Source of the DNA: Macrostomum lignano
Taxonomy: Eukaryota
Assembly: GCA_002269645.1 (NCBI GenBank)
Contig: NIVC01002146.1
Location: 136,668-200,667, forward strand
DNA length: 64,000 bases
Direction of reading: 5' to 3'
Numbering within the stretch: position 1 is the stretch's first letter; each line of letters starts with the position of its first letter. Shown here piece after piece: positions 37,697 to 49,584 of this stretch. The translations under genes and the position numbers were made by a program. A model generated the notes under the pieces. That model saw nothing but the letters and a program-made list of their open reading frames with translations. It ran no database searches and was not told the origin of the DNA.

Positions 37697-39002
37697 CGAG
37701 GGATACTCCAAAAGTTTTGCAATTCAACCACTTGCGCAAGTCGCACAATCTTCAAAACCAACTCTCTGTACAATAAACATGTACATAGTCCCCACCTCAA
37801 TTTTCAAGTGAATTCATACATATACGCCTGCTCAGCCCCCAGTCAAAGTCAGAGACTCCTTAACTGTACAGCTGCAGCCATGGAATTGAATCGTGAGCAG
37901 AATCGGCTACTAATTTGGTACTGCCACAAGCGAAAGCTCACGGCGCTTGAGACTCATGCCGAGCTACTAGCAACATTGGAGGCTCAAGCGCCGTCATATG
38001 CTACGGTTACACGCTGGTACCGCGAGTTCCAGGCCGGCAGGACCAGCTTTTCTGACGACCCCCGGCCCGGGAGACCTCCGACAGCAGCGACGGAGGAAAA
38101 CATCGCTGCAGTGCAGGAGCCGATTCATCAGGATCCGCGAATCACCACGGACATGCTAGCTATGAATGTCGGCATTGGATCGGCAGCGGTCGATACGATT
38201 CTACACGATCACCTGAGAGTCAGGAAGCTTTGTGCCCGATGGATACCCCACATCCTGACAGATGCTCAGAAACAGGCCCGCAGGGAGTTCTGTCAGTTTC
38301 TCATCGATCGATATGAGCACGGGAGCCATCAGCGCCGCTCTGAGGTCATCACTGGTGATGAGACGTTTCTCTATCATTTTGACGTCGAGACAAAGCGCAG
38401 CAGTGCAGAGTGGGTGCCGAAAGGTGGTCAACGACCCCTGAAAGCAAGGCGGTCCCGGTCCCAGGGCAAGCGGATGTTTGCCATCTTCTTCGACTCACAA
38501 GGCGTGGTGGCGATGGTGAAGCTGGAGGGTCAAGCTACAGTCACTGCTCGATGGTACACTGAAGAGTGCTTGCCAGTCGTGATCGACAGCGTGACCCAGA
38601 GGGCGCCAAGGACGGGAATGCGAGGGCAGAAACTTCACCATGACAACGCCCCCGCCCACACGGCTGCTGCAACTCGAGCGTTCCTGGACCAAGAGGGCAT
38701 TTCAACACTACCACACCCGCCCTACTCACCAGACCTCGCCCCTGCGACTTCTGGCTCTTTCCAGAAATCAAAAAGTCGCTTAGGGGGCACAGGTTTCAGT
38801 CCGACGAGGAGCTGGAGCAGGCGGCGAAGGAGGCGATTGACGGCATCCCAATTGAAGACTTCCAGGGCTTGATGAACAAGTGGCTCGGACGACGCACAAG
38901 TGTTTGCAGTTCCGGGGAGCCTACTTTGAAGGATTGTAATAGAAAAGTTTGGCAAAATTAACTTTAAATAGTTGAATTGCAAAACTTTTAGAGTATCCCT
39001 CG
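37697..39002 (+). mobile_element. Full-length mariner (DD34D) transposon
   Basis: 32-bp TIR CGAGGGATACTC[C/T]AAAAGTTTTGCAATTCAAC (1 mismatch), TA TSDs at 37695-96 and 39003-04, 1306 bp. Confidence 0.95.
37880..38939 (+). pseudogene. Mariner transposase with two apparent 1-nt deletions near the 3' end
   Basis: ATG 37880 'MELNREQNR'; WIPHILT, TGDET, HDNA, YSPDLAP; +1 C at ~38740 restores PCDF with 34-residue D-D spacing; second shift at ~38895 restores 'KCLQFRGAYFEGL*'. Confidence 0.9.
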
Positions 39003-39159
39003 TACCTCTATAAGGTAGTATTTTCAGGATTTTTTTAACAGTGAAGACGAACACTTTGCTACAGATACATCGGCCATACTCGTACATATACGCTCGTACA
39101 TCCCATTGGGATGAGAATTGTGTTGTGGGCAAATCTTGCGATAAAACTCAATAAGTCTC

Positions 39160-41190
39160 CATTAGGGAATACAAAATCCCGAGTTTTGCCAATCCCGGGA
39201 TTCTCGGGATCGGGATATCCCGGAGATGGAGAGCTGGTAGCCTAGGTTGTGGTCCGATGGCAAGGTCCAACTCCAACTGTTCTAATCCCAACTACGATCA
39301 AGGAGTTTTGAAGGTATAGGGACTTACTAATACAAAATCGAGAGTTTTGCCAATCCCGGGATTCTCGGGATCGGGATATCCCGGACTTTGCCAATCCCGG
39401 GATCCCGACAAATTGGGCCGGGATCCCGGGATTTAAAAAGTTTAATCTTTGTTGATGCAACTTTGGTTTACGAAGCCATCTAATCTGATTTTATAGGGCT
39501 TTCAAAATAAAGTAGAACAAAACAAAATATTTTGCTAACAAGAAACTGACAATGAGCTCTGAATTTGGAGTGTGATGTACGAACTGGCATAGTAGACGTT
39601 CTTTTTTACATGCCAGGATCAGCTCAGGAAAATCCCACTTTAATGTGATGTCAACTGAGGATTGGGGAATGATAGCTTACAGAGCTATGGCCCGAGGCAC
39701 TGTTCCAATCCCAACTACGGCCAAGGAGTTTTGAAGGTACGGACTGCTTAAAGTACATGTAGTTCTGCCACCACCCCTAAGCTGGGAATCTAAAAGGTGT
39801 CCTGACAGTGCTGAGAATGAGGTCTTTTGCATAGGGGGCAGGGGCTTCTGATCTGCGCAAGGTCGAGGCCCCCTGATTTTACGCTCGTAGCTGGGTTTGA
39901 GATAGAGGGGGGGGGGTTCAAATCAACAATGATTTGATTCCCGTCTGGCAAGCTATAGCGCTGCATGTGATCGGAGACAATGAAGAATTGGCCTCTATTG
40001 CTTTAGGCTCTGTGCACAGGTTTTAGAATAACAATAAGTACATTAGTCTGCGAGTAACATTCACACACTTGCATAACTCGTATGTACATTTTTACACCTG
40101 AAATCTCCTTCGATATGCCAATGCTAACAGCTTCAGTTTTGTATCCCTGTAGCCCTAGCCTTCTCACTAGCCTGCATGTTTAAAAGATTAATAAATCAAA
40201 GCAGGCCGACTCGGTTATGATTATGAATTATGATTTTCACCTGACAGTAGCTCAGCTGCAGATACTATACTACTCGAGAATGAATGATTGAATTATTGCA
40301 AACCGGGATTGGGATCCCGATGGTCGATACCGGGATTTTCGAATCCCAGACAAGTGTGATCCCGGTAGAATCCCGGGATGAAATTTATGAAGCTTATGAA
40401 ATTTCGAGCTTATGAAAGCAACCCGGATAAGGGAATACAATCCCGGGATCCCGAAATCCCGGGATTAGGTCCAAATCCCGGGCCGGGATTTCGATTATGC
40501 CTGAGGGTTGCTTTCACAAGCTCGAAATTTCACAACCTCGAAACCAGTTACTTTCATAAGCTCGAAATTTCATAAGTTCAAAATTTCACAACCTCGAAAA
40601 CCATTCTAGCAGCCCACTTTCACAAACCCGAAACTTCACAAGCTCGAAATTTCATATCCTCGAAAATTATCCGCGAAGTCGGCTGCTAAAATGGTTTTCG
40701 AGGTTGTGAAATTTCGAGCTTGTGAAGCGGCCCCCCTTATCCCGGCCCGGGATCCCACGGGATCGAAAATGTTTCTGATTTTTTTGGTGTAATTTTGGTT
40801 TACGCAGCCATCTAACATGATTTTAAAGGGCTTTCAATGATAAAGGTAGAACAGAAAAAAATATTTTGCAAGCGCAATGAGCTCTGAATTGATGTGTGAT
40901 GTACGGGCTGGCGTAATAGACGTGCTTTTTTACATGCCAGTTTCAGCTCAGGAAAATCACACTTGAATTTGATGTCAACTGGGGATTGGGGAATGATAGC
41001 TTACAGAGCTATGGCCCGAGGTACTGATACCAGGGTAGAAGGGTATCAGACCTCACCCTCCCAGGGGCACCCGCCACCCGCCCTAGATGGAGAATTGGTA
41101 GCTTCGGTTGTGGGTGGTCCAATCGCAAGGTCCCACTATTCTAATCCCAACTTCATGTGGATGTGGCCAAGGAGTTTCGAAGGTAGGGAG
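39160..41190. repeat. Cluster of non-autonomous DNA-transposon-like fragments with ATCCCGGGAT motifs and diverged internal duplications
   Basis: 'tagggaatacaaaatcccg' and many 'atcccgggat' palindromes; 39462-39740 resembles 40795-41190; 39228-39320 resembles 41085-41190. Confidence 0.55.
40505..40733. mobile_element. Small foldback element related to those at 3711 and 18511
   Basis: Inverted ends 'ttcacaagctcgaaatttcacaacctcgaaaacca' / 'tggttttcgaggttgtgaaatttcgagcttgtgaa'. Confidence 0.7.
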
Positions 41191-43103
41191 CTAGTAGAAT
41201 GAATGACCTCAACCTCGATTTTCTATTTTCTGCTGTAAGCCTGTAACATGTGTGTGTAATGTAAGCAAAGAGAGTAGCGGAATGGGCGACCCTCGCCTCC
41301 CCGCTGTGTCTACGGACCACCCTGCAGCTAAAGCAAAGAGAGAATTTGATTAGTTTCATTTTCAAGCTTTTGGATTCTAGAAAAAAGCTCCAGAGGTCAG
41401 CTCTTGAGGAGATGCTAAGTTTAAGGCATCCATTAAATAGTTCAGAGTGTCCGTCTGACTTATTTTCATTTGTAAAAATGGAAGCTCTTACTCGTACGAT
41501 ATAGCTTCAGTGAAATTGGTTAACTCTCCGTGCAGACGCCTTATCAACTTTACAACTCCCGCAAGTCTTAAACTGTCTTTCTTTCCCTCTCTGTCCCTTT
41601 GATCTGATTGGCTGGGACTGGCCCCGTGTTTTATTGTGTTTAATGGCTTTCAAGGCCACCCGGCCGGCTTTTTCAACAAACGCGCACCCCCAACCCCCTT
41701 CAATTCTTGCATTCAAAGTCAGCATGCAGTGTATTTTATCAGCCCCCCCCTCGATTTCGGTTACAATTATCGATCGACTTTCTGCCTGCCTTATCTCTTG
41801 GTGGGGTTGGTTTGGTAGGCCGCGCCAGTCAGCCAATAAAAGATTTGAGACCATAATAAAGGCTGCTGCATGCTTTAATGAATACCGACTCTTGCCAATT
41901 TCGTGATGGCCTTCGGCCATTTACGTGCAAGATGGCATCGCGAACACATCTTTCCCTATCCTTCAGTAGATAATCCTTGCATTCTGCAGGCAGAAATCTT
42001 CGAGGTCACTACAAATCTGGTGAGAATACTGGATTAGTGCTGATTTGCATTTTATATTTTGTGCATTTTTATTTTATTAAATTAGTCATTTCAAGCCATG
42101 GAAAAGTACAGTAGGTACGCAGCAATAATTTAACGCAGCAAAGTAGGACTTTGCCGGTCAGTGCTACTTTAGATCTGATTATGTTAACCATGACTCCAAG
42201 CCTTTTGCCTATATATAGTAATACTAATGTAATAGAATATACAATATAGGGATTATAGTAGTACTATATATTCAAATGTTTTGAATATCCTAAGCAAGTT
42301 CTAGGGCTACGATTCCTACGAATCAAGGTCTTTTGAGTTAGTTTTAGGGAAATGTAGTTTACATTACAACAGAGCCAGAACAGAAGCAGAAGCAAACGGT
42401 TTTTATTTAATAAATTTTACCTGAAATACAGACAATTCCAGATGTAATTCTTTTTTAATGTTTTTATCTATACTGGCCTATATCTTCGAGATATCTATGT
42501 GTATATGGCGAAATCCAAAAACGTGGGATAAAACGGTAAAACAAATCTGCGGACATTCGATGGAAAGTAATGTATCTAAAAAAGGTTTTTGAAAGATAGA
42601 TAGGTCTTTAGAAAATAGTTCTGGATAAAAACTATTGTTTTCATGCTTTATATTGTTGAATAAATAAGAAAAAACCACAAAAAAGCATTTTGAAAGTCCG
42701 AGTTGACCGATTTGCAATTTTTTGTTTCACTTTTTTTCATTATTAAACAATTAATTTTAAGACTTGTAGGCCTTAGAGAAGGCTAATTTTTTTACTACTT
42801 ACAAAACAGAAAGTAATCTGTGTTTTACTTTTTATTCAATTCAAAAAGATGAAGTATTTCTAAGGATTTCAAAGTTTTTCTAAAACCATATAAACTCGCA
42901 AAAATTCATACTAATATAAAGTGCAAAGTTTGCCAGCAAACATCTTTTTCTAAAAGTAAATATATCGCTAATTCCTTGTTGCAAAATAATCTTTAAGTTG
43001 TTTTCTTTCATTTAAATATCAACTTGCATAGTATTAGTATTTGTAATATGCCTATATTTAGACTTAAAAATTTTGGGTAAAAAATGGTACCACAAAATGT
43101 GAA

Positions 43104-43800
43104 CCCGGCATCCAAATCAGATGCTTACTGTATGCTCATTAAGCGACGAAGAACAATGAAATTACACTAAAACATGTATCATCGCGGCGTGTATGCAGGA
43201 AAAAAAGAATTTTCCAAATCGCTTCAGTAGAAGCTGAGTAAAATGCAATTTTCCAATCCTTATGGGAATTCCAATGTGTTACCCGGCTTCCAAATCAGAT
43301 GCTTACTGTATGCTTATTAAGCGACGAAGAACAATGAAATTACACTAAAACATGTATCATCGCGGCGTGTATGCAGGAAAAAAAGAATTTTCCAAATCGC
43401 TTCAGTAGAAGCTGAGTAAAATGCAATTTTCCAATCCTTATGGGAATTCCAATGTGTTACCCGGCTTCCAAATCAGATGCTTACTGTATGCTTATTAAGC
43501 GACGAAGAACAATGAAATTACACTAAAACATGTATCATCGCGGCGTGTATGCAGGAAAAAAAGAATTTTCCAAATCGCTTCAGTAGAAGCTGAGTAAAAT
43601 GCAATTTTCCAATCCTTATGGGAATTCCAATGTGTTACCCGGCTTCCAAATCAGATGCTTACTGTATGCTTATTAAGCGACGAAGAACAATGAAATTACA
43701 CTAAAACATGTATCATCGCGGCGTGTATGCAGGAAAAAAAGAATTTTCCAAATCGCTTTAGTAGAAGCTGAGTAAAATGCAATTTTCCGATCCTTACGGG
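43104..43800. repeat. 178-bp tandem repeat, ~4 near-identical copies
   Basis: Unit starts at 43104, 43282, 43460, 43638. Confidence 0.95.
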
Positions 43801-44419
43801 AATTTGTATGTTTAAATAATAAACTTACGTTGAATACAATTTATTGCAAACGAACTCTATAAAATACACGTTGTCAAGAGTAACGAAAGTGATAAACAAA
43901 TAAAACCTTAAAATAATGTTAAATATGTTGTAGAATTATAGAGTGTAACATTATAAGATAGTTAAAGTTAATAAAATACATTATTATAGCTTTTCAATCA
44001 TTTTCATTAGACTCATTTTAGGTCGTAATTAAACTTACCGTTTTAACAAATCATTTTATTAAAAATAAAGCTATACGAAAATAATTTGTGCTTTAATAGA
44101 CTTTTTTACTTTTTAAAAACTTGAATAAATTTATTTTATAGCTTTATTGCTTTCAAATTGCCAAAAAACGAATTTTCATAAAACTTGCCCCCGATTTTTG
44201 GATTTCCCCATAGTCGATTTTGTATTCTACTAACTACTTCTATACCACATGCTACTATGCTACTGCTACTATCTATAATGTGAACTCTACTTTATACCTG
44301 CACCTTCTGCCTAGAGAAGATTGCTTGGAGATCACAAAGTGAAAAATTGGGTGGGTAGCAAATTTTCCAAATTTGAAATTATACTTTCAAAAGCTGGCAA
44401 AATGGCAACCCGACCAAAA

Positions 44420-45700
44420 ATAAGTTTTCCATTTATAAAGTAACGGTGGCAACAGTGCCACAATTCCCGTCGTTCTTGGCCTCCACCCTATCCTCACAGC
44501 GGAGGCCAGTCAGCTGATACGAGCCGTGGAGACCAAGGTGGAGGGTTGAGCCATGCGGGAGCTGTCCATCCGAGGGTGACGGTGGCCTTGGTTGTACCCT
44601 TGTGGTACACGATACCACTTGCATCAACATTCAGGTGCCGCTTGAGCAGAAGCTGCCGTAGCTGCTCCCTGGACTTGATTGCGCTAGCTTCTCAGTATCA
44701 ATTCAATCCTCTCAGTATCAATCTTCTCGGTACCTATAGTCGTATAGAATGTAATAATACAAATCAAGAATTTTAGCCATTTAGAAAAGGCTTTCTTGAG
44801 CTTTTTTTCCCAGTCAAGAGACAATCGACCATACGAGCTAGTATGGGGGAGTTATCACAGCATTCTATTGTTTAGTTTTAGATTGGTTGCGGCGCGGAGC
44901 GCTGGAAACTTTCTCCAAAACAAACGATTGACTATCCAGCTAATACAACCAAGCAGATACCCATTATTAGACCCAAGAGTTTTTGTTAAAGCGCACACTT
45001 GGTGAAAAGGGATCAAGTGCTACACAGTAAAAGCGCGGTGCAGGAGGAATTTGATGAACCCAACTTTCAAGTTAGCCACCACGGCATCAAAGTATAAAAG
45101 CAGCCTAGTGAACGCGGTAGACTTAACTGGCGACTCTGTCCGGAGCAGTCAACCTCTGTCCAGAAAAGGAAGCTTCTTTTATCCACCCTCAACTGTGAAC
45201 TTTTGATGGCCTCAAAAAATTCCGAATGGTCTTTCTAATTCCCAAACATGGCAAACGTGTCATCCACGTAGTGCTTGTAAAACAGCGATTCACATGATAT
45301 TTTTGACCTCTTTTCTTCCCATGAGCATGTACAGATAGCAAGAGTAGGGAATTACGGGCTACCAATGGCACAGCCATCGATTTGGCAGTTATATTAGTTC
45401 TCAAACATATAAATCCCAGAAACGGCCAATCCTATCTTTCTTAAAAATACAAATCTAGAGTAGTCAGAGGATCACATTGGTAGATCTAGTCGGAGAAAAG
45501 ATCGATAGCACATTTAACAGTGATGTTGGTAAACAGATATGCCACAAACTAAACACTAAATCACTCCCATTGCCATTCCCATGACCAATATATTTCATAA
45601 ATTCTCTGTTCGATCTCAGAATAATTCTGAGCAACCTTCTAAGGCGGTGCTGTGACAAATAAAAAAATAAGCCTGTAGAGAGCCTTTGCACTGAGCCGAA
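44420..45700 (-). mobile_element. Decayed Penelope-like retroelement (RT + GIY-YIG endonuclease)
   Basis: In order on minus strand: 'AYLFTNI', 'QIDGCAIGSP', 'YKHYVDDTF', 'KVGFIKFLLHRA', 'NNGY', then 'SGIVYH...SRMAQ'; many stops and frameshifts. Confidence 0.75.
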
Positions 45701-47149
45701 CACTGCTGCAGAGGACGGAAAATGCTGACAGACCTTAGGATTAGGATAGAGAAGGGGAGGGGTGTTTCACGCCGTAAAAATTAACACTGTATTGCTTCCA
45801 CTAAAGCAGTTAAGTGGCAGTTGTACAAATTTAAGTGCTTGATGCACGTACTGCACGAGTACAACACTGTCGCAATGTGATGTATGCGCGTTCCACTTCG
45901 TATTGTGGCGCGTCGTCCAACGTCAGCCAGAAGAAAAACGACGACAGCAAGTTGAAATGCTGTGCGCACATGTCGGGGAACACCATCGGACCGTTCAGTA
46001 GAAATCTGGCTTCCAGCTCTTGACCCCCCGAGATAACCGAGGTCGCGCAGATTCCGTGGTAGTCTCTGTACCGCGCCCCTCGGAATGCGGATCAAGGCAG
46101 TCGTCAGAGCGTCGGCGAGTTAAATAGATCCTTGTGGATATAGATTAACTGCATTTTGGCCGCAGTTTTTCTGATTGCAAATAAATCGGGAACGACTAAT
46201 AGGCAGAATTCACTCATAAACCTGCACTCGAATCTCCCCCTTAAGTGAGCTGCGTGAGCTTCCACTTGACAGGTAGGTCCCTTGCACAGCTGAAGGAGCC
46301 ACTACGGTGGGGTTGGTGTTAAAATATGGGGATTTTTACTACAAGCTTATGTGCGGTTGCTGGCAGCCACGCTCTGTAGCTAGGGCGACATCTTCACCAA
46401 CGGGAACAGTATACGGATGTAATATTTGTCGCACCATGGACACCGTTAGTGTTCGACACCGATTGCCTAAGTCCACTGTAGTGCGTCCATCATGAATTGC
46501 ATTAGACGAATAGGAGATACGCTGCAGAATTCAGCTTTTTGTCTACTGCACCAGTAGCCGCATGTCACCACGCGGTTAGATTTTAGGCGGTCCGGTAGTT
46601 CCACCACGTACAGGTGGACAGATTTTCAATAGGGCTTGCAATATTATAATAGTAGTACCTACGAGTACTGATAGCTGATCGCGGAACTATAATATTTAGT
46701 TATAGTTACAGAACAGGCGTGAGGACGCGCTGCCCTTTAGTGATACGGTACGGTAGCACAGTCCTGGCAATTCCAAAGGAGGAACACAGAAAAGGCAGCG
46801 CTTACCGGTCGAGTCACGTGATTTCGCTTTTCTTAGTGTTGGCCACAAAGTTCGTCCTTTTATTTCTTTACTTCTACAATTTAGTAACGTTTAGAAGGAA
46901 TATACTCAAATGTACTCGAAACTAAAAAATTAAGTATTTTGGGATGGTACTCACCGTTCTTCCGCATGGGCTGCCACCGCTGCGCAGAAAGTTTGTGCTT
47001 TATGCATTTTGTTTTATTGTACTAATAGAAATAACAATATATAGGTAGTCTACTGTATATTATTTTTTAAATATAGGCACTAAAACTAAGGTGCAGGAGT
47101 GAATAAAATAGGGCCGGGTTATGATTGTGAGTGATCGCTTCAGCAGTGA

Positions 47150-48093
47150 TTGTATCAGTTGGTTAAGGAGAGTCTGGCTTCACTGAGCCTTAAGCTTTAT
47201 TATGAAGCTAAAGCTTATCATTGTTTAGAAAACTTTAATTGCACGTCAGAGTTAAAGCTTCCTAAAGTGACGGAGCCTGAAAACTGCTCAAAGTCAAAGA
47301 GTTAGTCAACCAGAGTCAATTTGGCAACTTTAACCTTCTCAGCACGCGTTAAGACTTCTTCAGGCTGTTGCCTGGCATTGATTACTCCAAGCACATCGAC
47401 GATCCTATAGTGAAAAAGGGCAAAGCTTTAAAGGTATTTGCACACTAACATGAGAATCACACCAAAAATGAGCAAGGATTTCTATACTGGTACACTAACA
47501 GGAGCATCAGAACTGATTCAGAACACACCATTGGCCAAGAATTCGTACGGCGTTTATGATTAACAATGTAAAACACAAGAGAAAATAACTGTCACCCCTA
47601 AACATGATTATTTTCACTCCGCGATGTTTGATATTTGACAAAAACTACTAAATCCATTAGTCGCTCACTCGTCCAATCCGGTCCATTCAAGTTGATTAAT
47701 TTTAATATACAATCATTCAAAACTACATGTAACTCGAGCTAGCGGCAAATCGTTGCTTCTACAGATGAAGCCGTTAGAATCCACGGAAACGCTTATTTCA
47801 ATTGGATTGTCTGTACACTTAAACTGTGGCTTCGCAGTATTCCAGTCCGCCGGATATGCGAACGGCTTCAGTACTATATTGCATACTTCCCAGACAGCTT
47901 GCAGGTTTTTACCGAAGACGCTGACTGGTATCTCAGATGAGTCGTCCACCCGGATGAAAGAAAACACTTGGCCCTGACCTTTCTCGTTATTATAGGTGTA
48001 AATTTCCATCAGCTTCGTCACAAGGCCAGTGATAGGCGCAGGCATTAGACCGACTTTTAGAGCAGCGATTCCAACTTTCGACTTCTTGCTCAC
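47150..48093 (-). pseudogene. RPA70-like tandem OB-fold gene remnant with a preserved intron
   Basis: 'GLVTKLMEIYTYNNEKGQGQVFSFIRVDDSSEIPVSVFG' resembles RPA1 DBD-A. After GT-AG intron 47668-47405 (phase 2), 'IVDVLGVI...LTLVD' resembles DBD-B. In-frame stops present; 3' boundary approximate. Confidence 0.65.
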
Positions 48094-49249
48094 AGTCGAC
48101 TCTAAGAGACAATTTTGCGCAACAAAAATTCAATATTTGAAATTTAGTATTAATCAAAGTTTTTTTGATAAGCTGTTGGCTCCCCAAAGGGGGGGGCGCT
48201 AATTGCTAGGATAAATTCCATAAAGCTACAATGGGTGTCTCAAATTAAAGAAATTTTGTAAGAAATAAATGGAGTTCTACGCTCGTATTTAAGTGAATTT
48301 ACCTAATACGGAATAATTCTTTCTGTATTGCGAGTTCACCCTATGCTTACTTCATCCCAGTTTAATTAGTTTACTCGTTTCTAAGAGACGGTAATACAGC
48401 AAACAGAAAAGCATGAGTGTACAAAACCAACAATGAGGTAAAAACTTACTGGTCTGACCAAATTTGTGGTTTTCGTGGTTGACGGCTGATTCCACCGGCT
48501 CATCCTCTCGTCTCGATTAGGTGGTCATCGCAGAGAATTTTTATTAGAAAAAAAGCGATATTCAGTGAAGAAAACAATGCTGCGGAAACTTCAGATTAAA
48601 TTTGTTTTTTAATAAATTCTAAACTTTTGGCCAGTTAAATAAATTTAACCCAAAAGCAATTCTATCGGGGATTAAGTAATAGATGTTCAGCACTACGAGT
48701 TTTATGGAGCATTCGCGCCATTCTAAACATTGGGTATCGTTTATTATCAATCTCATAGTATACTCATAGAGTCATAGAGTTTAGCATATGTTGTGAATTC
48801 AAGCTTAATTCTATAAGCTAATGAACTTACAACTTCTTCGAAAATTTTCGTTTAATGAAATGGAACGAGCCATGAATTCAACTAAGTCCATAGCACTAAG
48901 CTTTATTGACCCATATTTCGTTAAAGCATTTCCGGATGCAAAAATCATGCTCACTAGAATCCATCTACTAAGCTGCTCATTAAAGCTTTTTAAAAATAGG
49001 TTAAAATAGCAAGTCCAAACCTTTTTGTTTTTCAGTCTTTTTAGGATATCAATGAGAAAACTGCAAGAGCACGATAAAGTACAACGTTCTTTTTAGTTAA
49101 TACTAGCAATCTTCGCCCCCGTTGGGGGACATCTAGATAGAATCTCTATTCTCTACAAGTAACAAAAAGACAGCCAAATAAAGCCTTCACAAAGACAACA
49201 GACAAACTGCTCACATAAAGTGCAATGCAAAAAGAAATCATCTCAAGAC

Positions 49250-49426
49250 AGCAAGCATCCCCCAGATAGCAAACATCCCCCAGATTGCAAGCATCCCCCA
49301 GATAGCAAGCATCCCCCAGATAGCAAGCATCCCCCAAATAGCAAGCATCCTCCCGATAGCAAGCATCCCCCAAATAGCAAGCACCCCCAGATAGCAAGCA
49401 TCCCCCAGATAGCAAGCATCCCCAAA
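49250..49426. repeat. 18-bp tandem repeat (ATAGCAAGCATCCCCCAG), ~10 copies; resumes after 61157
   Basis: Period 18; a further partial unit 'gtaagcatccaccag' follows the MITE right end. Confidence 0.9.
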
Positions 49427-49584
49427 TATAGCATTTCCCGGTCAATTTGGTCCTAGAAGCACTCAATTTAATCCGCAATAGAGAATTCCAATTCATTCCA
49501 CCGTCACTAGAGATATGTCTATGGCCAAATATGCTGTTTCGTTCCACTCAATTTAATCCTGGGGGCACTTATTTCGCGTATTTA

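Noticed and set aside
41500-42030. CCAAT boxes, small hairpin ATGGCC-TTC-GGCCAT and a donor-like CTG|GTGAGA
   Set aside because: Could be a promoter or first exon, but no downstream gene was identified; the hairpin is not a histone stem-loop or a cUUCGg tetraloop.
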